DNA from: an uncultured bacterium
GTDB taxonomy: Bacteria > Patescibacteriota > Minisyncoccia > Phycocordibacterales > PALSA-1337
DNA: 57,356 nucleotides
Assembly (NCBI GenBank): GCA_903839725.1
Contig: CAIMDG010000001.1
Coordinates: 301,315-358,670, forward strand
Direction: 5' to 3'
Shown here: piece by piece, positions 9,228 to 18,515 of the stretch
Layout of the letters: every line of letters begins with the position of its first letter
Position numbering within the stretch: the stretch's first letter is position 1
The notes under the pieces: generated by a model
Database searches by the model: none
The model's input: only the letters and a program-made list of their open reading frames with translations
What the model was told of the DNA's origin: nothing
Made by a program: the position numbers and the translations under genes

Positions 9228-10523
9228 CTACTTCACTCCTCCTATAACATCTTGTCCGAGATATTTTCTCAATACTTCTGGAACCTTGATAGTACCATCT
9301 GCTTGCTGATAATTTTCGATAAGTGATACGAGAATGCGTGGTGTTGGGATAGCTGTTGAGTTGAGTGAGTGTGCGTAACGTAGTGTACCCTCAGCATCAC
9401 GATAGCGAATATTCAAGCGACGACACTGGAAATCATGGAAATATGAAGCTGATGAAATCTCACGATATGTCTTTTCTTTTGGAACCCACAATTCTATATC
9501 GTACTTTTTGACCTGACCGAGACCAAGGTCCGCGCCACAGTTAATCACTGTGTGATATGGAATATTGAGAGATTCAATGAATTCCTCAGTGTTGCGATTG
9601 ACCTCTTCATGATATTTGACTGAAGTTTCATGATTGGCTTCACAAAGAATGAGCTGTTCAAACTTGTAGAATTCATGGACACGAATAAGGCCTTTAACGT
9701 CCTTACTGTGCGCACCAGCTTCACGACGATAACAAGGAGAAAAACCGAGATATCGTTTTGGAAGTTGTTCGAGAGACAATGTCTCATCAGCATGCATACC
9801 CATAAGTGGAACTTCCGCAGTACCGACGAGATAGTCACTATCCTGAGTTTTATAGAGATCTTCTTCTCCGTCTGGAAGATACCCAGTACCGAACATAGTA
9901 AGTTTTCTAACAATAACTGGAGGCATCACCGGAACAAATCCTTTGCCCACAATACCTGCATTGTTTTTTTCACCAAAGAAATCAAGAGCGTAATTCCAAA
10001 TAGCAAAACACAGTCTAACTCCATCGCCAGTCAAAAAATATCCTCTGAAACCATGGACCTTTGATCCGCGTTCAATGTCAACCATATTCAAAGCAGTCAT
10101 AATCTCAATATGATCTTTTGGTTCAAAACCAAAGTTTGGCTTTTCACCCCACACTTTGACTTCTTTATTGTCGGCATCACTTGCCCCATCAGGAACTGAC
10201 ATGTCAGGAACATTTGGTGCACGCAACATGAGGTTCTGCCAATCCTTCATAACATCCTTGAGAAGTGCATCTTCTTTTTCGAGCTCATTCTTGACTGTCT
10301 TCATCTCTGCAATGAGTGCCGCACGCTCTTCTGGAGTAGCTGCTTTGGTAATCTTGTCACTTGCAGCATTCTGAGCCGCACGACGTGCTTCAACACTTGC
10401 AAGAAGAGTACGACGCTTATCATCGAGTGTAATGAGTTCTTCTACATTAAAATTAACGTGCTTCTTTTGAGCCGCTGCTGCAATAATCTCCTTATTTTCC
10501 CTGATGAATTTTATATCTAGCAT
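9228..10523 (-). CDS. serS: Seryl-tRNA synthetase
   Basis: MLDIKFIREN, GTAEVPL, CYRREAG, RVHEFYKFEQ, EISSAS, HSLNSTA. Confidence 0.97.
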   Translation of the reverse strand: MLDIKFIRENKEIIAAAAQKKHVNFNVEELITLDDKRRTLLASVEARRAAQNAASDKITKAATPEERAALIAEMKTVKNELEKEDALLKDVMKDWQNLMLRAPNVPDMSVPDGASDADNKEVKVWGEKPNFGFEPKDHIEIMTALNMVDIERGSKVHGFRGYFLTGDGVRLCFAIWNYALDFFGEKNNAGIVGKGFVPVMPPVIVRKLTMFGTGYLPDGEEDLYKTQDSDYLVGTAEVPLMGMHADETLSLEQLPKRYLGFSPCYRREAGAHSKDVKGLIRVHEFYKFEQLILCEANHETSVKYHEEVNRNTEEFIESLNIPYHTVINCGADLGLGQVKKYDIELWVPKEKTYREISSASYFHDFQCRRLNIRYRDAEGTLRYAHSLNSTAIPTPRILVSLIENYQQADGTIKVPEVLRKYLGQDVIGGVK

Positions 10524-10676
10524 ATGTAGACTCTATAGTATCATTATTTCTTTAAAAATTGAACAGGAATTGATTCGCTCTATGGTACAATGCATCGTTT
10601 CGAATTTCTATCGACATACCTGCCAGTTTTGTTGTGGTTATGATCGAAACACCTATTACTTTATTAGATTACAGTG

Positions 10677-10794
10677 GCAACGAGAGGGGACGCGTACTCA
10701 TTTTCCGTACAAGTTTAGAGACGTGTACATTACACCGCGTACCCCAATGTTTACAAACTTGTACGGAAAATGAGTACGCGTCCCCTCTCGTTGC
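10677..10794. repeat. Long palindromic element family A, copy 1 (40-bp perfect arms, 38-nt spacer)
   Basis: 10677-10716 is the exact reverse complement of 10755-10794; homologue at 53127-53248. Confidence 0.92.
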
Positions 10795-10805
10795 TAAAAA
10801 CTGAC

Positions 10806-11684
10806 ATGAATACTTCAACACTTACAAAAGAAAACTACCCTTTCTTACTCACACAAATTCCAAATCTACCAAAAGAAATATATATCGCGGGTTCAATGCC
10901 AAAACTAGAACATAAATACTTGTGCGTTATTGGTTCGAGAAATTACAGCCAGTATGGAAAAGATGCTTGTATGAAACTCATTCAAGGACTAAAAGGATAT
11001 CCGATAACAATAGTCTCTGGACTTGCGATTGGTATTGATTCAATATCTCACGAAGCTGCAATCGAAGCAGGAATCAATACGATGGCTTTTCCTGGTTCAG
11101 GACTATCACTAGAAGTTTTGTATCCAGCATGTCGAAGAAGATTGGCCCAGAGAATAATTGAATCAGGAGGCACACTCCTTTCCCCGTTCAAAATGAATCA
11201 AACGGGAGCATTCTGGACCTTCCCTTTCAGAAATCGCCTGATGGCAGGAATATCTCACGCTACACTTATTATAGAAGCGCGTAGAGGCTCTGGGACACTC
11301 CTTACTGCAGAGTATGCAGCTGAATTCAATCGTGACATTCTCGCAGTACCAGGTTCAATATTCTCAGAACTATCATATGGACCTCATATGCTCATTCAAC
11401 GTGGAGCCATTCCTGTCATATCATCAAGAGATATACTCGAAGCACTTGGATTCAAAGTTCAAAAGGAAGCAACTCAACAATCATTATTGAACCTCGCAGA
11501 ATTGTCACTGACAGAGGAACAAAAAAATATTGTAAATACACTCAGACTATCACCGTGCAGTGGTTCGGACTTAATAGAAAAGTTACATCTCACATCATCT
11601 ACATTGAATATGCACATATCAGAGCTTGAATTGAAAGAAATTGTAGAAGAAAGAGATGGCCTCTATCAAATAAAAAATAGCTAA
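10806..11684 (+). CDS. dprA: DNA-processing protein DprA
   Basis: VIGSR, IVSGLAIGID, FPFRNRLMAG, EARRGSGTLLTA, AVPGSI; upstream of topA. Confidence 0.95.
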   Translation: MNTSTLTKENYPFLLTQIPNLPKEIYIAGSMPKLEHKYLCVIGSRNYSQYGKDACMKLIQGLKGYPITIVSGLAIGIDSISHEAAIEAGINTMAFPGSGLSLEVLYPACRRRLAQRIIESGGTLLSPFKMNQTGAFWTFPFRNRLMAGISHATLIIEARRGSGTLLTAEYAAEFNRDILAVPGSIFSELSYGPHMLIQRGAIPVISSRDILEALGFKVQKEATQQSLLNLAELSLTEEQKNIVNTLRLSPCSGSDLIEKLHLTSSTLNMHISELELKEIVEERDGLYQIKNS

Positions 11685-11749
11685 AATCATTCACGTTACT
11701 CATTGTATCTTTTGACCTTTACCTTTACTCCGTGTAATACTTAGCGCTA

Positions 11750-14089
11750 ATGAAACTCGTTATCGTAGAATCCCCTTCAAAATCAAAGACTATCACCAAA
11801 TATCTCGGTGAAGGATATATTGTGCGCGCATCAGTTGGCCACGTTCGTGATCTTCCAAAATCAAGTAAGAAAGCAATCGACATTGGAGCCGGATTCACAC
11901 CTCATTATGAAGTTGTTGCCAAGAAAGAAGAAGTTCTCTCTGATATCGCTGCTCAATCACGCAAAGCTGACGAAATATTACTTGCAACAGACCCGGACCG
12001 TGAAGGAGAAGCGATCGCATGGCACATAGCAGAAGTGCTCAAAGACCGTCTCGGTAAAGGGGCTATCAAAAAAATGCAACGCATCAGTTTCCACGAAATT
12101 ACCAAGGAAGCTGTACAGGAGGCTCTCAAAAATCCTCGTGAGATCGATCAAAATCTCCGCCAAGCACAAGAGGCTCGACGCGTGCTTGATCGACTTGTTG
12201 GTTATGAACTTTCTGGTCTTATCTGGAAAAAAGTTCGCTACGGTCTTTCTGCTGGACGTGTCCAATCACCCGCATTACGTATCATCGTCGAACGTGAACG
12301 AGAGATCAAGGCATTCATTCCAGAAACCTATTGGGCTTTGAGCGGTGAATGGAAAACAAAGAAAGGAGACAAACTCACTCTTACCTGCGTTGAAGAACCT
12401 CGCAACAAAGCACATGTTGATTCTATTCTCGACGCTGCACGTAACAACCCATGGCACGTTGTAGATATAGAAGAGTCTGAACAAAAGCGTTCATCAAAAG
12501 CCCCTTTCATCACTTCGACATTACAGCAGGCTGCAAGTTCACGTCTCGGATTCTCACCATCACGAACTATGGGTATTGCTCAGAAACTCTATGAAGCTGG
12601 ACACATCACCTACATGCGTACAGACTCAACAAATCTCGGCGCACAAGCTGTTGCGCAGATCGTCTCAGTTGTTACCAAAAATTATGGCAAAGAATACGTG
12701 AATGTCAGAACCTTTGCTACAAAAAGTAAAAATGCCCAAGAAGCTCACGAAGCGATCCGTCCAACCAATTTCAGCAAAGAATCAGTCGGGGCTAACGATG
12801 AGCAGAAGAAACTATATCGTCTCATCTGGGCACGTACCGTCGCCTCACAGATGACTGATGCGCGCATGGCGAAGACAAAAATTATCGCAAATATCAAAGG
12901 TCCGACTATTCCTGACTTTACCGCAGTTGGTTCACGCATCCTTTTCGATGGTTGGCTCAAAGCTGACCCTGATTCAGTTGGCGAAGAAGTTACACTGCCA
13001 CTCTGTGCAAAAGATGAACCGTTGGCACTTATCTCTATTGATTCACAAGAAAAGCAAACTCAACCACCAGCTCGATACACCGAAGCTGGACTTATCAAGG
13101 AGCTCGAGAAGCGTGGTATCGGTCGTCCTTCTACGTATGCTTCTATTTGTCGCACCATCGAAGAACGTGGCTATGTGGAAAAAGAGGGACGCTCACTCAA
13201 ACCAACCGATACCGGTGAAGTTGTTTCTTCATTCTTGGAAGAATACTTCCCTACATATATCAGTGATACATTCACTGCCGAAATGGAAAATGAACTCGAC
13301 GAAATAGCCAGTGGCGAACGCACATACTTGAAGACTCTGACAGATTTCTATTGGCCATTCCACCAAGAAGTATTGTCGAAAGATAAACTTGCAAAGGCAA
13401 CCAATCTCGGTGCTGCAGATCCAAAATTCGTATGTCCAAAATGTGGAACTACTCCTATGGAGATCAAACTCGGCAGAAATGGTAAATTCCTTTCATGCTC
13501 AAAATACCCTGATTGTGATGGAGCGCTTACGCTCGACGGCACCGAATTCAAGAAAGATGAACCTATCGGTATTGATCCGACAACCAACCTTCCTATTTTT
13601 GTCTTGAATGGTAGATTTGGTCCATATGTCCAACTCGGTGTGAAGCCACCAAAAGTGAAGAAGGTAAAGAAACCAAAAGTTAAAAAAGGGAAAGTTTCAA
13701 AGAAAAAAATCGATGCAAATACGCAAATGATCGCGAATGACGCGAATGGCATCGCAACTGAAATACCAATCGTAGAAGCAATTCCGGAAACTCCAGTTGC
13801 ACCAAAACCTCGCATGGCTTCAATTCCCCGCACTATGGATCCTTCCAAGGTTACTATTGCTGATGCCCTCAAATACTTGAGTCTTCCTCGTACGCTCGGC
13901 ACTCACCCTGTCTCTGGTAAAGACGTCGTCGCTTCAAATGGTCGTTTCGGCCCATATGTTGCTCATGATAGTAATTATCGTTCAATCAAAGCACCTGACG
14001 ATGTATATGAAATATCTCTTGCGCGAGGCCTTGAATTGTTAGCTATTGAAAAGAAACCACGAGGGTTCAAGAAAAAAACTGATAAATAA
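11750..14089 (+). CDS. topA: DNA topoisomerase I
   Basis: LVIVESPSK, ATDPDREGEAI, SAGRVQS, ITYMRTD; zinc ribbon plus C-terminal GRFGPYV repeats. Confidence 0.97.
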   Translation: MKLVIVESPSKSKTITKYLGEGYIVRASVGHVRDLPKSSKKAIDIGAGFTPHYEVVAKKEEVLSDIAAQSRKADEILLATDPDREGEAIAWHIAEVLKDRLGKGAIKKMQRISFHEITKEAVQEALKNPREIDQNLRQAQEARRVLDRLVGYELSGLIWKKVRYGLSAGRVQSPALRIIVEREREIKAFIPETYWALSGEWKTKKGDKLTLTCVEEPRNKAHVDSILDAARNNPWHVVDIEESEQKRSSKAPFITSTLQQAASSRLGFSPSRTMGIAQKLYEAGHITYMRTDSTNLGAQAVAQIVSVVTKNYGKEYVNVRTFATKSKNAQEAHEAIRPTNFSKESVGANDEQKKLYRLIWARTVASQMTDARMAKTKIIANIKGPTIPDFTAVGSRILFDGWLKADPDSVGEEVTLPLCAKDEPLALISIDSQEKQTQPPARYTEAGLIKELEKRGIGRPSTYASICRTIEERGYVEKEGRSLKPTDTGEVVSSFLEEYFPTYISDTFTAEMENELDEIASGERTYLKTLTDFYWPFHQEVLSKDKLAKATNLGAADPKFVCPKCGTTPMEIKLGRNGKFLSCSKYPDCDGALTLDGTEFKKDEPIGIDPTTNLPIFVLNGRFGPYVQLGVKPPKVKKVKKPKVKKGKVSKKKIDANTQMIANDANGIATEIPIVEAIPETPVAPKPRMASIPRTMDPSKVTIADALKYLSLPRTLGTHPVSGKDVVASNGRFGPYVAHDSNYRSIKAPDDVYEISLARGLELLAIEKKPRGFKKKTDK
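13711..13747 (+). repeat. Half-copy of palindromic family B inside topA (encodes DANTQMIANDAN)
   Basis: cgatgcaaatacgcaaatgatcgcgaatgacgcgaat closely matches an arm of the intergenic IR at 39454-39562. Confidence 0.75.
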
Positions 14090-14096
14090 CATGTGT

Positions 14097-14125
14097 TTGC
14101 ATTACAAATTAAATTATTGTAGTAT
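14097..14125 (+). promoter_or_regulatory. Putative sigma70 promoter
   Basis: TTGCAT-17 nt-TAGTAT immediately upstream of the ORF-less structured region. Confidence 0.55.
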
Positions 14126-14131
14126 CGAAAA

Positions 14132-14543
14132 TAGCGATGCTAGATCTTTGAACAAAAAAGAGTTGATTCCCCGTTACAAGGGATAAGGCTAAACCTCACC
14201 GCCTACGTGTGGGGTGTCGAGGGATATTGTACCGCCACAGGCAATATGGACATCTCTGTCGCCAATGAAGCAAGTTGTTCAAGAGGCAAACATCCTGGAA
14301 AGTTACACAGGACGTACAGATACCCTAGAGGTGAAAACGTCTAGGAAGCTACGATTGAATTGAAGGCAATTCAACTCACAGATGCATATTCGATACTCCC
14401 GTGTGAATTTGTTCTCGGCCGAGAACTTCTTCACGTTTCCACCACATGGGCAATTAAGACGCAAGTCGCAGTTCCCTCGTGGTAAGCCTAAACGAAGATC
14501 TCTTTGCTCCGAAAGTTCCCCCTACGCAAGTGGGGGGCTTTTT
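14132..14543 (+). ncRNA. Candidate large structured non-coding RNA (unclassified)
   Basis: No ORF in the track; many hairpins, some with GNRA loops; 5'/3' closing helix; flanked by promoter and intrinsic terminator. Confidence 0.6.
14513..14543 (+). terminator. Intrinsic terminator
   Basis: ccccctac-gcaa-gtgggggg followed by a T-tract. Confidence 0.75.
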
Positions 14544-14615
14544 ATTGTATATGTATAAAAATGTAATTAAAAAACAGTAGGAACGAATTCCTACTGTCGC
14601 GCACGTATGTGCACT

Positions 14616-15197
14616 TCAAACCAGCATTGTCCTCAAATCAATCTGCTTGAGAACCCCAAACATGGCACGATGAAGATCTTCGAGGGTGCCATTGTTGTTG
14701 ATATGGAAATCAGCCATCGCAATGACCTTGCTCACATTGTGAGCATACGGATCAGGATTTTCTGACTCAAGGCGTTCGAATTCGACGAACTCATCGAAAG
14801 TCACTTCATCGCCGAGACGCTTACGTGCTTTGGTCCGCTCATAGCGAACATGTTGAGGCGCATCGATTGCTACCACGACAGCTCCATGAGCTTTGAGGGC
14901 GGTAATTTCAGCCACCACACGAGGACCAGCAACGACGAGATATTCTGCTTCATTTTCTTCCAAAATATGTGGTATTGGAAATGCAGGACCAAACTTCCGC
15001 CGCAATTCCGTAGAAACTTTGTTGAGATTTGTCGGGCTCGTATCCCCGAGGTTATGTGTTGTGACATATGACCTGATGTAGTCGCCCGTAGAAACAAAAG
15101 TAAAATCACAAGCGTCTCTCAAATATTCTGCAGCAGCGTCTTTCCCAGTGAGCGGATGTCCGACGATACAGACCAATTGCAATGGTTCATGATTCAT
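14616..15197 (-). CDS. P-loop nucleotide kinase (archaeal-type dephospho-CoA kinase-like)
   Basis: GHPLTGKD Walker A, STGDYIR, R..AEI, VRYER, ADFHINNNGT. Confidence 0.7.
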   Translation of the reverse strand: MNHEPLQLVCIVGHPLTGKDAAAEYLRDACDFTFVSTGDYIRSYVTTHNLGDTSPTNLNKVSTELRRKFGPAFPIPHILEENEAEYLVVAGPRVVAEITALKAHGAVVVAIDAPQHVRYERTKARKRLGDEVTFDEFVEFERLESENPDPYAHNVSKVIAMADFHINNNGTLEDLHRAMFGVLKQIDLRTMLV

Positions 15198-15312
15198 AAA
15201 ACAATATGTGTAAGTTCAAAGTTCACCGCCAGATATGACCTTATCAAAATCACACATTCGATGCAATCGAATAGCCTTGTTGCCAAAATTATTTAGTAGA
15301 GTAGTATTTGGA

Positions 15313-15569
15313 ACAGAGCCACTTCCCCTATGCGAAACATGCGTGCACACGTGAACACTAGGCTCTTATGTGCACTTACCAACCTCCGATGGTCTGTATG
15401 AATAACCATTACATTCAGGCCGGAATAGGTCTCATCGCAGCCGTTGACCGATTGGTGAACAGAGGTGCCGTAATTAGGAGATAAGGTGCCTTGAGTATAC
15501 TACCTTGGGAGAAGTCCTGGTTTTATGCATTACAAAACAAACCCTGTCGCGGGAAGCGGCGGGTTTTTT
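15313..15569 (+). ncRNA. Candidate structured non-coding RNA (unclassified)
   Basis: TTGCCA-16-TAGTAT upstream (15280-15307), agagcc/ggctct and gtgcaca/tgtgcac pairings, terminator-like hairpin at 15539-15569, no credible ORF. Confidence 0.4.
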
Positions 15570-15580
15570 ATTTTTGTAAA

Positions 15581-16597
15581 TTAGATACTAAAATTCTTCA
15601 ACGAATACAAATCTTCATTTTCCTCCTTTTTAATTTCAGCAGTACCCCGATCATCAATGGCTTCTGCTGTGTCATTCCGGCGCAGGCCGGAATCCAGAGT
15701 CACTGACGTTGTATTTTGTTCGTGATTCTGGACCCCGTCCTTCGACGGGGTGACATCCCCATTCTTACTAGCATGAATTTTCTCCAACAACATTCTCAAA
15801 TCATCCGGACTAAAGAAATCAATGGTAACTGTTCCCCCTTCTTTATTCTTTTCGATGCGCACACGTGTACCCAAAGACTCAGTGAAATTGCGTTCCATTT
15901 CCATAATAGCCGGATCCAAATATTTGCCTTTGTTACGGATGCGCTCAGTAGCAACGCGGCGAGACATAGACTCTGCTTCACGCACGGTGAGTTTCTTGGT
16001 GATGATTTCCTTGAAGAGAACAATTTGCTCTTCAGGTCTGTCGGTCAACATGAGAAGTGGTCGTGTATGACCTTCAGAGATCTTACCTTCTTCGAGAGCA
16101 GTGATCATCTCATCAGGTAATGCAAGAATACGCATTGAGTTTGAAACGTATTCACGACTCTTGCCAACCTTATCGGCAATCTGAGCTTGTTTGAGATTGA
16201 ACTCTTTTGCTAGACGTTCGAATGAACGTGCGCGATCAACAGGATTCAAATCTTCACGCTGGAGGTTTTCAATGATAGCCATCTCAAGCTTGAGTTGAGG
16301 ATTTTCTTCGCCACTGCGAATAAGTACCGGTACCTGAGATAGTCCCGCAAGCTTCGAGGCACGCAAACGACGCTCACCAGAGATGAGTTCGTATTCAACA
16401 TTCATGCCACCATCTTCACGGTAGACTTCTTTACGTGTAACTACGAGTGGTTGGAGCACACCATACATGCGGATAGACTCTGAAAGATCTTTCAAACGAG
16501 CTTGATCAAATTCACGGCGAGGCTGATAGGGGTTCGGAACTACCTTTTCGAGTTCGATCCAAAAGATAGCGTTATTCTCATATGATAATGGGTTCAT
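15581..16597 (-). CDS. parB: Chromosome partitioning protein ParB
   Basis: NPYQPR, GVLQPLVV, ISGERRLRA, IENLQREDLN, HTH region, ISEGHTR. Confidence 0.95.
   Translation of the reverse strand: MNPLSYENNAIFWIELEKVVPNPYQPRREFDQARLKDLSESIRMYGVLQPLVVTRKEVYREDGGMNVEYELISGERRLRASKLAGLSQVPVLIRSGEENPQLKLEMAIIENLQREDLNPVDRARSFERLAKEFNLKQAQIADKVGKSREYVSNSMRILALPDEMITALEEGKISEGHTRPLLMLTDRPEEQIVLFKEIITKKLTVREAESMSRRVATERIRNKGKYLDPAIMEMERNFTESLGTRVRIEKNKEGGTVTIDFFSPDDLRMLLEKIHASKNGDVTPSKDGVQNHEQNTTSVTLDSGLRRNDTAEAIDDRGTAEIKKEENEDLYSLKNFSI
15670..15755. repeat. Palindromic element family C (RPE/dRS3-like), in-frame in parB
   Basis: tgtcattccggcgcaggccggaatccag...ctggaccccgtccttcgacggggtgaca; homologues at 38099 and 52322. 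Confidence 0.85.
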
Positions 16598-16657
16598 AGC
16601 TACAATTATAATACGAGATTGATTTTAACCAAAATTCTAGTACACTAGTGTCTAGTT

Positions 16658-16739
16658 GCCGGGATGGCGGAATTGGTAGACGCACACGACTCAAAATCGT
16701 GCGGAGTAATCCATGGGAGTTCGATTCTCCCTCCCGGCA
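16658..16739 (+). tRNA. tRNA-Leu(CAA)
   Basis: gccggga/tcccggc acceptor stem, anticodon loop ctCAAaa, long variable arm, GTTCGA T-loop; CCA not encoded. Confidence 0.95.
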
Positions 16740-16770
16740 CAACAAAAGCTAGCTTGTCACTGAACTCTAA

Positions 16771-16919
16771 GCCGGGAAGCGACTCGCCTGCGCGAGTCGC
16801 GTGGGAGAATCGAAAAGGCTGAGTATATGGCGCGGAGCGAAGCGAGCACCATACGAAGCCTGTACTGGTCATGTAAGGACCGATTCTTTTTTGTTGAGAA
16901 AATTATCCGGGACCGATTC
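16771..16919 (+). repeat. tRNA-linked structured element (after tRNA-Leu CAA)
   Basis: gccggga + hairpin + gggagaatcgaa is the reverse complement of the tRNA 3' half, followed by GC-rich hairpins ending in gattct. Confidence 0.7.
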
Positions 16920-16974
16920 ACCGCCAAAATTAAAACCGCCCATTGAGGACGGTTTGAACTAACGAATATTTCGA

Positions 16975-17472
16975 CTACTCAGCGCGAGTTACGCGAAACA
17001 ATTTTCGGTATTTCTGAATCCGAAATGATACGGTCGCCGTGCGATCTACGACGAATTCCGCAAACGTGGGATATACACGGGCATAGGAAAGAATTTCCTG
17101 GAGCGAAATAACCCGGAGCGTGGCCACAGAAAATTCACCACGTTTTGTCTGATATATCTCCACAACTTTCTGCAACATATGCTGCGGCGTAAACAAAACA
17201 ATTTCTTGATTAGTGCTACCTTTAGGCATCAATCGACGCCACTCGAACAGCACATATTCAGACGAACGAACCGAAGAAGGAAAACGGATGCCTGCATGAT
17301 CCTTGGAAAGATATTCGAATAAACTTTCGTGATCTGCAGCGTAATTAAGCGCCACCTGTCCTTGTCGAAACAGGCACTGATGAATGTGAGTAAGTGCGGC
17401 TTTAACAACTGCGTCAGGACTCAAAGGACTGCTCTTGGTAATAGGTTTCATAATATAGTGATCTGCAAACAA
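16975..17472 (-). CDS. Hypothetical protein
   Basis: 165 aa ORF filling the gap; true start may be the ATG at 17451. Confidence 0.55.
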   Translation of the reverse strand: MFADHYIMKPITKSSPLSPDAVVKAALTHIHQCLFRQGQVALNYAADHESLFEYLSKDHAGIRFPSSVRSSEYVLFEWRRLMPKGSTNQEIVLFTPQHMLQKVVEIYQTKRGEFSVATLRVISLQEILSYARVYPTFAEFVVDRTATVSFRIQKYRKLFRVTRAE

Positions 17473-17531
17473 AATACCCCAAAACTTCCATTTTGTACAG
17501 GGTCTATGCTAGTATGCCCATACTGAAGGCC

Positions 17532-18458
17532 ATGAATACAAAAACTCCCCTACCGAAAATTCTCATCGTATGCGGCCCTACTGCTGTCGGTAAAAGTGAC
17601 TTGGCCGTTGAACTTGCCCTCACATTCAACGGAGAAATCGTCTCCGCTGATTCTCGCCAAGTGTATATCGGCTTGAATATTGGAACAGGCAAAATCACTT
17701 TGCCTGAAATGAAAGGCGTACCTCATCATCTCATCGACATCACTGACCCTAAAAAACGATTCTCAGTAGCTGAATATGTTACGCAGGCCGAAGTTGTCAT
17801 TCAAGATATGTTGAAGCGTGGCAAACTACCGATCATCTGCGGTGGTACTGGTTTTTATATTCAAGCACTTGTTGATGGTGCACTTTTTCCTGAAGTTCCA
17901 CCGAATGAAACATTGCGTGAAGAATTAGAAAGTCTCACTCTCCAAGAATTAACAAAGAGGCTCAAGCAACTCGATCCAAAACGAATCAAAACATTCAATG
18001 CAGATGACAGTAAGAATCCCCGCCGACTCATTCGCGCTATCGAGATCGCTACACAACTTGGCAGTGCTCCGAGTCTCTCCGAACTTTCAGTTGAACCAAC
18101 ATATAATCCATTTTTTATTGGACTGAATGTAGATACTGATACCATCAAAGAAAAAATCCACACTCGCCTTCTCAAACGTCTTGATGCAGGAATGATACAA
18201 GAAGTAGAACAACTTCATGCACAAGATCTCAGTTATGAACGTATGGACGAACTTGGTCTTGAATATAGATATGTAGCACGACTGTTGCAAAAGCAACTAA
18301 CTATGGAAGAAATGATAGTACGTCTCAATATGGAAATTTGGCATTATGCAAAACGACAGATGACGTGGTTCAAAAGGAATAAAAGAATACAGTGGTTTGC
18401 ACCGACTGATACGGAAAAAATTATTGAAAAGGCAGGATCATTTCTCTCAAAAAACTAA
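17532..18458 (+). CDS. miaA: tRNA dimethylallyltransferase
   Basis: GPTAVGKS, SADSRQVY, GTGK, PHHLID, GGTGFY, YAKRQMTWF. Confidence 0.96.
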   Translation: MNTKTPLPKILIVCGPTAVGKSDLAVELALTFNGEIVSADSRQVYIGLNIGTGKITLPEMKGVPHHLIDITDPKKRFSVAEYVTQAEVVIQDMLKRGKLPIICGGTGFYIQALVDGALFPEVPPNETLREELESLTLQELTKRLKQLDPKRIKTFNADDSKNPRRLIRAIEIATQLGSAPSLSELSVEPTYNPFFIGLNVDTDTIKEKIHTRLLKRLDAGMIQEVEQLHAQDLSYERMDELGLEYRYVARLLQKQLTMEEMIVRLNMEIWHYAKRQMTWFKRNKRIQWFAPTDTEKIIEKAGSFLSKN

Positions 18459-18515
18459 TAATATAAAAAGGCAACCCGTTCCAATGGAACGGGTGTTGAG
18501 TTTGCGTAGTTGCGC

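Noticed and set aside
14132-14543. Assignment as RNase P RNA, tmRNA or group I/II intron
   Set aside because: No GAGGAAAGUCC/P4 motif, no tRNA-like ends with a tag ORF, no recognisable P7 or domain V; left unclassified
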